From contig CP120463.1 of assembly GCA_034226945.1 (NCBI GenBank), forward strand, positions 558,001 to 622,000: a stretch of DNA of 64,000 nt, read 5' to 3'. Below the pieces are notes generated by a model, which saw only the letters and a program-made list of their open reading frames with translations, was not told where the DNA came from and ran no database searches. Below are positions 33,367 to 43,200 of this stretch, piece by piece. Every line of letters starts with the position of its first letter. Positions within the stretch are counted from its first letter, which is position 1. Made by a program: the position numbers and the translations under genes. This stretch comes from Picochlorum sp. SENEW3 (taxonomy: Eukaryota).

Positions 33367-34622
33367 CCTTGGAGGGTTTTTCCATGGTCCAGGAGGCGCG
33401 GCGATGGAGGAATCTTCCATGATGATGGTCCACCACGACTGGCATGTACCCATTTCGAATACCTGCAATGCATATAGTAGTTGGATGGGCTGTGAGATAT
33501 AGAAACATGGTGGCGATGCCTTTTGTGTCACAGGTGATGTGGCTCCTCAGACATCCAAGGAAGGTTGGTACCGCATCAGCTCTCAAGCCTGCGCAGGCGA
33601 AAGCTCTAGATCGGGCACTGCGAATGTTTATGAGAAACGCCCTGATATGGAAATTTCAATCATTGGAGCACTGGATGACAAAAAAAAACGCAGAAAGGGT
33701 GCCTCAAAAGTGCCTCGGACTGCAGCCTTGACTGCGCCATGAGCACAACTGCCGGTTGACCATACATGCCGATGTATCCATGGCTGCAAATGGCGAGAAA
33801 CAACAAGGTTTCAGCGCCATTCCGCCATAATCGGGACTATCGTATGGCAACCTGTGGGCAGCGTTGGGTAGGTTCGTCCTGCACAGGGCAGGTTACCCAG
33901 CAGACACCACGGCCTGTGCACGTCGGCAACTTTCGTCACTGGCAATGAGACATCATGGTATGTATACAAAGCGCTCAGTGGAAGAAGAAGTCGTTTTTGG
34001 TGAAAATTCTAATCACGGCGAATGCCATCAGAAACAGCCTCAAAAGGTATCTTCATAGCGCAACATGAAGAGGGAATGCTCACCTGGATCCTTCCTGTTT
34101 CAGCAGTATTTATTTCTCTGATAGCAATATAGTACATTCACGTTCGTTTTCTGCGAGTCTGCAGTGCAGTATTGGGTACATTACGTCGATACTGTCTGTC
34201 CAAGAGATCATGTTGTCAAGTCCACGCTGAATCCCACCCACACAGTCTTGAAGGAGGGATGAATAACTACAGAGAGGGCTCATTGATATCGCTATCACCT
34301 AGTATGAGCCCAGAAAACCGTGGATTCTGTGCTCGACCGTCGGATAGCACAATTCCCAAATACAGCACCATGGGAACATACCATTTCCTGTATCACATGA
34401 TATAATGATTGCTCAGCATGTGTTCATATGATATAGTAAAGATGTCCAGAAACGTCGTCTCGTGGATGCAACAATAAGCAGCTCGAGATAGCGAGTTCCT
34501 GGGTCAACAACTGCCGGTGCCTTGATCATAACACCAAACAGCCTCATCGATCTTGCTTCTGGGAACGGGCAGTACAGAGATTGATTGCCTCTGACGGCCA
34601 ACTTTATAGAAGCCTTTTAGAG

Positions 34623-34988
34623 TGCTCAGACACAGCCAAGAGATGTAGAATCATCATGGCCACAAGGCCTCTGAAACTCTAGTCCATGAAAATTCTCAGT
34701 CGTCACAGCAATCCTTTGAATGCGCTATCAGTGCTGATTCGTACCTTGATTTGTTATCATTTTATCTTCTTTTCATAGTATATACACACGGGCGCGTGAA
34801 AACAAAACAAAACAGAGTGATGCGCTGCAAAAAGTACATGTGGGGTGGATTCAGCCAATGTAGATCATGTCCTCAACAGATGTGGGCAGCACCACATGAT
34901 GATGTTGCTCAGACAGCCAAGAGAATCTCAATCGTCACAGATTTGTACTCTGAAACTCTAGTCCTTAAATACTCATTCTTCACGGCAA
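34623..34988. repeat. Degenerate direct duplication of about 90 nt (34623-34711 and 34906-34988)
   Basis: Shared blocks TGCTCAGACA and ACAGCCAAGAGA, an exact 17-mer CTCTGAAACTCTAGTCC (34669, 34948), and CTCA.TC.TCAC.GCAA. Confidence 0.75.
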
Positions 34989-35810
34989 CAGCAGATCAAT
35001 GAGCCTGTAGGCTGCATACCTTGTAGTATACAAATCTGCATAGAAATATAGTATCCATAGTTACTGCATCCACACGCAGATATCGACAGGCGTCTATCTA
35101 TGGGAGAGTGATGGAGGTCAGGGTACTTTTATCTGCATCAGCTATGCTGAATAAATAACACGGACCAAAGTGGTTAGTTCATCACCCCTCCATCAGCAGT
35201 CTCCACAGGCACTCCTCCACTCCATCGGTAGCAAGCACTATCGCTCGGCCAAAAAGAACGTGTTAGGAAACCTTTATTTTCGTCACAGCCAATCAGTATG
35301 AGCTGGGTAAGGCAATCGTCATCACGATAGGCCGCACCACCGACGGATCAAGAGTGCATGCATGGCATCAAACGCATGGTATCGCAGCAACGCAATCCCA
35401 TACTACAAGTGGGGTCAGAGACCAAAAGGTCTAGTCAATCCTCATCGTTTATGCCCTGGCTTTGGGCACTAGGACTGGGGCGACAATCCAAACTCATCAG
35501 TCCCTCACTATGCTTCTTCTCTTGAGTATACAGTTTTCAAATTTTCACGTACCACATAGTGTAAAATATGTATTAAAAAATATTTAATGGGGAAGCGCCG
35601 GAGCATGCTTGCACAGACGTCGATGATGCTGTGGCAACTCCGCCCACATGATGATGGCAGTCTCTCCGGAGAGACTCTGGATCTGCAGATCTCTCGATTA
35701 AGAGATCTAGAGATCCATCCTGGTTGTTGATTGGTTGGAAATCATAACTGTTTGTTTCTTTAAAAAAGCACATCATTAGTATATATATGAGCAGAGTAGT
35801 CCAAGGATTT

Positions 35811-37610
35811 TCAGGGCAAGTTTGGTTGATAATCCTTTTGAATTGTTCTTCGGTTCCAGTGCAAACCTTCTCTGACACTTGTGAACCAGTCATGGCTTGC
35901 ATCCAAATGGCATACCATTGGCACCGGGCTTTGCGACAGATAGACGACGACACTATCACCTGGCCCCAAGGGCTGCCTGCCTTTTCCATCAAATGAGCAG
36001 TACAGGTCTCCCCTGCTATCTGTTGGGACTTCCAAACGCAGAATGACATGCTCCGGGAATACAAGCGGCCTAGATGACAATGTGTGTGGGCAAATGGGTG
36101 TAAATAAAATGCAAGGCACTGCAGGATGAACCATGGATCCACCCGCTGCCAAATTATATGCAGTTGAGCCAGTTGGGGTGGACACAATCAAGCCATCTCC
36201 TTGAATGGTTGCCATGAAGTGATTGTCGATATAGCACTCGAGCTTTGTTAATGAAGCAGTGATGCCTCGATCGATCACAAGCTCATTCAAAACCAAAACA
36301 TCCTCTCCACAAGGGGCTTTATTCAACATGCTGAAATCAGATTCCATGTCCCCTGCTCTGATTATTCTGCACTGTAGCCTATGTCGTAACATGAGAGGAA
36401 GCGAACTATTTGGAGAAACTACACATTCGACTGTCTTTTGTAGCCTTGATACCGGGAAAGGCGTCATGAACCCCAAGGATCCCATGGCAATGGCAACTAT
36501 TGGTGGCACAGATCCCAAGGTTCCGAGCAATGAGCATGTCCACAATACTGTCCCGTCGCCTCCAACGGTGAATATCAAATCTAACAGAGATATTATATCC
36601 TCTGGAATAGCATTACTGCACTCACAACTGCCAAGATTCCATGTATGCAAGTGGGCTGTGTTGCAACAAGAATCAGAGTCCTGTTGTGATTTGACACATT
36701 CCTTCACCCTCTCATACATCTTTGGCTCGACAAAAACATGTATACTTTCACGCAACAACAGACATATAGTTTTGACTGCAGCATCGAGTGCATCTGTGGT
36801 CAACTTGAATACAACCAGAACCCTTCGAGGCTGAGACATCCATTGCAGCTTCAAATGTGCTCCAAAAGCAACCCACTCAGATGTGGTCTCTAAAGTCGGA
36901 TCCAAATTATCAAACGGTATGCTCTCTTCTTGATTATATAGTACCTGCTCAGATACTGTTCTCTTTGGACCAGACATTCTACCAGGGCCTTTGGGCACCG
37001 CAGCAACAAGCCTAAACCTTGCCTTTGGGATTGATGCCATATCTGACGAGTCTGAAGCCCCAGAAAGGCTCTGATGACTTCCTTTGACTTTTGGTCCTGT
37101 CGCTGAAGTCCATGATTTCGCCAACGCTATTGATATAGCAGCAGCTGCTGCTGTTCCCACGCTGGATTGACCATCATTTGCAACTGAGACTGTTGCATGG
37201 TGATGATCCTCCTCCTCGAGCTTGGATTCGTGTGGTGATAGTTGGGCCAGCAAAAACCAAAATCCCAATGAACTATTAAATGCCGTTTCAGCGGCGCACG
37301 CTGCGTCTTCATGACTGGGAGGCTCCGACACAGTATGCCTTCTGCGAAGATGTGCCTTTTGAAAAGTCTCCTTCTTCTCTACCCTCGAAATTCCCAGCAC
37401 ATTGCTGAATGTACTCTTATTTCTATCAACCTTCTGTTGCTGATGGGATGTGTTCGAAACAAAGCGCTGCCGTTGCTGCAGTGATTCATGTTCTTTGCGC
37501 AGACTGGCAAGTGACTTCCTAGCTTCAGCAAGCTCCCTCTCAAGTACCTGTCTCTCGCGTGACGTCTCTTTAATAAATTGCAATAGACCTACAATACGAT
37601 TCAAGTCCAT
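35811..37610 (-). CDS. NADK: ATP-NAD kinase with N-terminal coiled-coil extension
   Basis: VGGDGTVL, GSLGFMT, VLNELVIDRG, GDGLIVSTPTGSTAYNLAAGG, TPICPHTLSSRP. Confidence 0.95.
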   Translation of the reverse strand: MDLNRIVGLLQFIKETSRERQVLERELAEARKSLASLRKEHESLQQRQRFVSNTSHQQQKVDRNKSTFSNVLGISRVEKKETFQKAHLRRRHTVSEPPSHEDAACAAETAFNSSLGFWFLLAQLSPHESKLEEEDHHHATVSVANDGQSSVGTAAAAAISIALAKSWTSATGPKVKGSHQSLSGASDSSDMASIPKARFRLVAAVPKGPGRMSGPKRTVSEQVLYNQEESIPFDNLDPTLETTSEWVAFGAHLKLQWMSQPRRVLVVFKLTTDALDAAVKTICLLLRESIHVFVEPKMYERVKECVKSQQDSDSCCNTAHLHTWNLGSCECSNAIPEDIISLLDLIFTVGGDGTVLWTCSLLGTLGSVPPIVAIAMGSLGFMTPFPVSRLQKTVECVVSPNSSLPLMLRHRLQCRIIRAGDMESDFSMLNKAPCGEDVLVLNELVIDRGITASLTKLECYIDNHFMATIQGDGLIVSTPTGSTAYNLAAGGSMVHPAVPCILFTPICPHTLSSRPLVFPEHVILRLEVPTDSRGDLYCSFDGKGRQPLGPGDSVVVYLSQSPVPMVCHLDASHDWFTSVREGLHWNRRTIQKDYQPNLP

Positions 37611-38098
37611 GAAAGGCTCTCGACTCTGAAAATTCCACTGATTCTATGCAACAAGGTGGAAGAGAATATTGTTCAACGACACCTCATACCTTCTGTGGCC
37701 TGAACCATAGAGTTCACGTTGGCTGAATCCATTCTATCAGTGATTTTACCTTTGAATACTAGATGATAGATCACTATGAAAGGATTGTAAATCGGCAAAG
37801 GCTGTTTGGTAATTGAGCTAGAGAAAAATCACAGGACATGTCGTGGGTTTCGACCAGTTGGCACCTCTCGTTCAAGCGGTGTATACTCGCATGCCATTAA
37901 GTGACCATTTCAAATCCTTAGTACTATTACTATGCAGCGAGAAAGCCGTATCGAATCGACCAAGGCTACATCATCATCTTTTGGTACTCCGTATTTCGAC
38001 ACACATCAAGCGATTACTCGCGAGCCTGGCAGTATTTACTATTCAACCCTTGCGGATTTCATTGAAATACATGATATTGCGGTGGAAAAAGTGACACA

Positions 38099-38804
38099 AT
38101 GGTACTTGCCCTTGCCATTGGCGATATTGGAGTCCCTTTGGGATCCCAAGGAATTCCTCAGAAACTGAAAGAGTTACTGCAACCGGGGAAAATACACCAG
38201 GTTATTTGTACCGGTAATTTATGTGATGAGGTACGTCACATGTTGAACGTCTCTCTCTCTCTCTCTTTGGCGGAGAGAATAGGGCTTCTGCTTGTACTAG
38301 TTTTCCCCTTCAACCCAACAACCAGTGACACACATAGAGTATGTGACATCCGTGATACAGGCAACGATGGACTTCCTAAAGACAGTTTCCAGTAATATTA
38401 TCATAGTTCAGGGAGATTTAGATGCTAAACGAACGTATCCAATAGAAAAAGTGGTGCAAATAGGTGAGTTTCATGTTGGGGTGTGTCATGGCCATCATAT
38501 TATCCCTCCTCATGACAGAGACGCAATCAGCGCGGTTCAGCGACGACTTGGAGTTGATATTTTAATCAAGGGATGTTTTGATCCATCAAAAGGATTCGAA
38601 TCGTACGTTCATAGAGAAGGGGAGATTGTGGTACAGCCTGGGTCTGCAAGTGGGTGGCAACCATGGTCAGATGCTCAGGATTCTGCATGTCGACCGTCAT
38701 TCGCGCTCATGGATATTAAAGGGAAGCGAGCAGTAGTGTATGTGTATACACTGGATATCAATAATGAGGTTCAGGTTGAGAAGATTGAGTTTACTAAACC
38801 ATAG
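38099..38804 (+). CDS. VPS29: Vacuolar protein sorting 29-like (retromer); intron 38231..38360 containing a (CT)n tract
   Basis: LALAIGD, KLKELLQPGKIHQVICTGNLC, CHGHHIIP, RRLGVDILI, PGSA, PSFALMDI, VYVY...VEKIEFTK. Confidence 0.85.
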
Positions 38805-38829
38805 CAGAAAATTATTGTGTATGACACAA

Positions 38830-40722
38830 TCAATCAATCTTTCTTTCATGTTCATCCATGTGACATTCATTGTTTTCTTGAGTTTCACTGCTGACTGAAG
38901 AAGCACTTTCGTTCCACATGGTATCAAGATCTTGGATTATTTGCCCGTACTCGCTGGCCATTTCGCTATCCTGCTTCTCAATGGTATCCTGTAGAGACTC
39001 TTCAACTGGAATGCTTGTTTGTGAATCATCCTTGTCGGACGACACATCACCCTCTTCCAAGGATTTGATATATTTTGATGCTTGATCAAATGCATCATGC
39101 AGCTCTTCGTCCGTAATCGGAGAATTGATACCGCCATTCACTACCCGCCGCAGCCGGATAGAATCCCATCGCAATGGGTCTACTTTTAAATACATGAGGA
39201 GCTCCTCAAAGTTCTCTTGCATCATCAACTCTGCTTCACATTCACCCATGATGGCAATTGCTGTTCGAAGAATAATTGCATCGCTGCCTTCGAGCAACAT
39301 GATATCAATGATTCGAGCACAGAATGGCACAGGGAATGGGCAAGAAAACAGTGACAAGAACCATTGGCTTGCATACAGCACTGGCGTTGCACCATTGCTC
39401 TCTAAATGCGACTTCAAATTAGGCATATGCTTTTCAAGCAATATATCAAACATTTCGAGAATGACCTTCAACCCCATGAGGCCGGGTAAGTAGAGCTTGC
39501 GCAGACCAAAGCCATATGGAGGTGCATCCATAAATCGACAGAGAATCTCAAATGCTTGCTCTTCTGGGACAAAAAATAGCAACAGACCAGCCACAAAAGC
39601 CATCCCTTGACAATATCCTACTTCTAAATCGTGCAATGAATAGGCTTTTAGAAGATTGAAGAGAGATTTCTGCCCCTGCTCAAATCCGAACAGAGGGTGT
39701 TCGGGAAATGTTCTATGTATATCCCTAGAAATAACTTCATCTATATCCTCCTGACCGACACTAATCTGTAACAAGGTAGCATAACGCCCGTCGTCACGTA
39801 TATCACTTTCCAAAGGCCACTCCACATGGATCATTGCCTCCATCAATCTCTGCTTGAAATCCTCTTTTGTAGAATTCCATGGCTGAACACAATTGCTCTT
39901 TCCAGCCTTCAACAGAGCACCTCCTTGTCTCCATTTACCTGTCCCTCTGTCTCCCATGACTTCCCATTCCTCTTCGTCTTGTGAATTCTTCTTCTCCGCA
40001 TCACCACCATCCAGCACATCACTAGGTGCTCCAACTCCCATCGCATTCTCGTCACGTGCCTCCACATGCCTTACCACATCACGCTGATTTCTCGAGTATC
40101 TACTATACTCTTCAGAAAATTCCTGACGAAGCGTCGAGTCCCGCATTAAAGCCATCCACAGTCGAGATCGAAGCTCCTGAGGAGCATCCTCATACACAGC
40201 AAATCCAATCTGCACATCCATTGGCGCATCCTTCTCCTCTTCTAACAATGCCTTCATCCTCTGTTCTTCAAACTGCTTTGACAACCTCGCCAATGTATTC
40301 TGAATCTGCCGAGGCCCTTCAAACAATGTCTCAAACCCCCTCTGAATACCATAGGCACCAGTTGACAAGCCCTGCTGAATCCCCTTCATCCCCTTTGCAG
40401 CATTCGACGAAATCACCTCGGCCCCCTTTTGCCGCAAAGCTCGATCACTGAGCATGGTCCCAGCAGCAGCTGCTGTCCGATACACCGCACCACCAAACCC
40501 CCCAGCAGCTGCAGCCAACCTGCTTGCAAATGTCACCTTTTTAACAGCCACATCCTCACCCTCTTCCTCATCAATACCATCTCTCGGTGCATCAGATACA
40601 CTCTTCTCTCCCTGCAGGCGAACAACGCCCTCCTCTCCTCTTTCAAGTGGTTCCCCAACCGTGTCCTCTTCAACCTTTCCAACCAGCCTTTCCTGGCTCA
40701 AATCACCACCACTTCCCTCCAT
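38830..40722 (-). CDS. Rab GTPase-activating protein, TBC domain (EVI5-like)
   Basis: ISRDIHRTFP (arginine finger), GYCQGMAF (glutamine finger), YASQWFLSLF. Confidence 0.93.
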   Translation of the reverse strand: MEGSGGDLSQERLVGKVEEDTVGEPLERGEEGVVRLQGEKSVSDAPRDGIDEEEGEDVAVKKVTFASRLAAAAGGFGGAVYRTAAAAGTMLSDRALRQKGAEVISSNAAKGMKGIQQGLSTGAYGIQRGFETLFEGPRQIQNTLARLSKQFEEQRMKALLEEEKDAPMDVQIGFAVYEDAPQELRSRLWMALMRDSTLRQEFSEEYSRYSRNQRDVVRHVEARDENAMGVGAPSDVLDGGDAEKKNSQDEEEWEVMGDRGTGKWRQGGALLKAGKSNCVQPWNSTKEDFKQRLMEAMIHVEWPLESDIRDDGRYATLLQISVGQEDIDEVISRDIHRTFPEHPLFGFEQGQKSLFNLLKAYSLHDLEVGYCQGMAFVAGLLLFFVPEEQAFEILCRFMDAPPYGFGLRKLYLPGLMGLKVILEMFDILLEKHMPNLKSHLESNGATPVLYASQWFLSLFSCPFPVPFCARIIDIMLLEGSDAIILRTAIAIMGECEAELMMQENFEELLMYLKVDPLRWDSIRLRRVVNGGINSPITDEELHDAFDQASKYIKSLEEGDVSSDKDDSQTSIPVEESLQDTIEKQDSEMASEYGQIIQDLDTMWNESASSVSSETQENNECHMDEHERKID

Positions 40723-41118
40723 TTAATAAATAATTGCCTCTCAATGTCCTCTACTCAGTCATATAGGATTTTTTTGAATCAATACAAGTACCGCTTTGTC
40801 GCAAACGCACTCAAACCTCATTGAAGCCAACGGAATTCAACTGTCCGATTGAAACATCACTCTGACCGGATAACACAGTTTCTCTCTCGAGTCTGCCAGT
40901 GAAGAACAACAATCGCCGTTCCATATGCTCAGGTTACTGTTTCAATTATAATCAATTCACCTTTCACTGATATTGAAAGGAATAGAAACGGGTTCTTCTG
41001 AAGAGACTGTTGGACTGTCGAGCCAACTGTGGAAGTGTCTCCTTTTTTGGCAAAGCCTTGCATGTAGGGATATGCGGTATGCAGACATTCCCACTCATGA
41101 AATGAAATATAATACATC

Positions 41119-42207
41119 ATGTCCGAGGATCGCCACGTGAATAAGGAGAGGGAAGAAGAGCATTTGCACATGGAGGGACAGGAAGCCCTTCCTGGTATTG
41201 TGAATGGTGGTGGGACATCGCATATATTCGGTGCAGAGATACCTGATGTATTCACAACATCTCACGCAGAGGATGATGGGAAAGGGCGTCATGGGGAGAT
41301 GACGCTTGAGGGTATGGAGAAGCATCATATGATGATGATGCATCGTCCTCATGAGCAACATCCAATGCATCACCATCATCATCACCATCATCATCATGTG
41401 TTGGAGCATCAACAGGAGCATGCTGATATGGGTATGATTAGAATGCTGGGAGAGGAGGAGACTGCCGCTCTGGCTGCAGACTTGGCGGACTTTGAGAAGA
41501 GAACACAAACAGATACTAGAGAAGCAGACACGAATGAGGAAGCGACTACCACTAAAAAGCGTGATATTCATGAAGATGATGCCGAGGAGAGGACAGACGG
41601 GGATGGGGATGGGAAGGGCCCGTCACAGAAGAAGAGGAGGGGTGGGTATACATGGTGGTGGAGGGAGGGTGTCATTGAGCATATATTAGAATTTGTGAAG
41701 GAAAAGAAGAGTTATTTTAAAGCAGTGAAAGAACTGAAAGCTTCAGAATATAATGAAGATGGTAAATATAACAAATTGGCCTCATCCACAGTTGAGTCTT
41801 GGTTTGTCAAGGGTTCCTATGATGAACTCAAGGACAAGTACAAGGTGCATCGAGAAAGGCTCCAAAAGTCCACGAGACCAGGCCAGACGACTACCCTTGG
41901 TCGACATCCTCATTTAGAAAAGGCCGTGTATGATATTATCAAGGAAGGGATTGATAGAGCAGCCATGGAGATGAAAGACTTTGATGGCAAGGGTGTACAG
42001 GAACAAGTTTTGAGATTGGTTGAGGATCAGCATCCTGAACTGTTAAAAGTAAATGGGGGCAAATTAACACTGTCGATGAAATTTATCAAAAGATTCTGTG
42101 AGAGATACTTTGCTGACAGAAATCCCTTCCCAGTAAAGAAGAGACAGAGCGGCTTTGGTCCTGAGGAACACCAGGATGAAATGAATAACATCTTATCAAG
42201 CGATTAA
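41119..42207 (+). CDS. His/Met-rich protein with putative CENP-B/pogo-type HTH DNA-binding region
   Basis: Run of 10 His, KKRR NLS-like motif, LASSTVESWF helix-turn-helix-like segment and LEKAVYDII...ELLKVNGGKLTLSMKFIKRF segment. Confidence 0.6.
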   Translation: MSEDRHVNKEREEEHLHMEGQEALPGIVNGGGTSHIFGAEIPDVFTTSHAEDDGKGRHGEMTLEGMEKHHMMMMHRPHEQHPMHHHHHHHHHHVLEHQQEHADMGMIRMLGEEETAALAADLADFEKRTQTDTREADTNEEATTTKKRDIHEDDAEERTDGDGDGKGPSQKKRRGGYTWWWREGVIEHILEFVKEKKSYFKAVKELKASEYNEDGKYNKLASSTVESWFVKGSYDELKDKYKVHRERLQKSTRPGQTTTLGRHPHLEKAVYDIIKEGIDRAAMEMKDFDGKGVQEQVLRLVEDQHPELLKVNGGKLTLSMKFIKRFCERYFADRNPFPVKKRQSGFGPEEHQDEMNNILSSD

Positions 42208-42559
42208 GATATTTTGATTTGATCAATCCATAGCATCAAGGTTGGGTTACGTGCGTGGAAAATCTGGCCTGAATATAGATTTCTGTTTGATTGATTTTCC
42301 TCTGTTTTTTTTAGAAGGGTGCATGTAATATGTGTTCCGGAATCATCTGATGACATCTGATGGTCCGTTGGATGCTCAATATTGTAAGAATATACATGTA
42401 ATAATTTATTGGCGGGATCCTCCGTGATATTTTGGCGTATGGCTGATTGTTGTTGTCGAAACAACATCAGAACTGTCACTCTTTGTAGCAAACGGTTTTT
42501 GTCTTCTTCTGCCCCATAGATACGACCATATCAAGTAAAAAAGCAATACTAATAAAATA

Positions 42560-43189
42560 ATGGCCAAGGATGGAGTGAATAGTGGCGCCAAAGGAGGTCC
42601 AAATCCTTCCGGAAGTGCAGCTGCCAAGTCTGGCGCAGCGACCGGTATTGGTGCCTGGTGGCAGAATTTCACGAAAAGTCCAAAAGGAGAAGCAGTGAAA
42701 TCAAGAATGTCTTCCTTTACTACTATGGCAAAGGAGAAGGCGAGCAAGATGAAGCTGGCCATGCCAGTCGATGTGAAGGTTGACTTTTTGCAGCCAACAA
42801 TTCAAACAGTGCGAGGTGCTTTTGATTCGGCTTGGCAGCAGTTGCCGCCACAGGCGCAGCAGGCTGCTCCGTATGTAGGAGTAGCGTTTGGAAGTGGTTT
42901 GGTGGTATATCTTATACAGCAACGTAGGGTTAACTATTATAAAAAGAAGCGGGAAGGGTTGTTGGCTGAGGTCAAGTCTTTACAGAAGGATAAGGATGAT
43001 TTGAAGTACAAGGTTGGCGTGTTGAAGGCGGGGGGAGGTATTCCCCGGACTGAAAATGAAATTAGAATGGCAACAGCCATAGCCGAGGCGACCAATGCGG
43101 CGGCGGCTGCAGCAGATGCTGCTGCTCGAGCGGCAACCTCGTGTATTGTTAATATCCAGAAACCAAAAGTTGCGGTACCGAGATCATGA
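42560..43189 (+). CDS. Hypothetical single-TM protein with coiled coil and Ala-rich C-terminus
   Basis: 209-aa ORF with ATG start, TM segment YVGVAFGSGLVVYLI, heptad repeat, TGTAA just after the stop. Confidence 0.7.
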   Translation: MAKDGVNSGAKGGPNPSGSAAAKSGAATGIGAWWQNFTKSPKGEAVKSRMSSFTTMAKEKASKMKLAMPVDVKVDFLQPTIQTVRGAFDSAWQQLPPQAQQAAPYVGVAFGSGLVVYLIQQRRVNYYKKKREGLLAEVKSLQKDKDDLKYKVGVLKAGGGIPRTENEIRMATAIAEATNAAAAAADAAARAATSCIVNIQKPKVAVPRS

Positions 43190-43200
43190 ATGTAAGAGCT

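Noticed and set aside
33444..33742. Small plus-strand ORFs with a possible acceptor at 33532
   Set aside because: No consistent exon chain or homology recognisable by eye.
34669..34964. Repeated minus-strand GTTTCAGAG-containing 17-mer as a CRISPR-like repeat
   Set aside because: Only two copies 280 nt apart, in a eukaryotic context, with no cas or Fanzor gene in the window.
37843..37930. Possible tRNA or structured RNA between NADK and VPS29
   Set aside because: No cloverleaf or T-loop consensus could be built.
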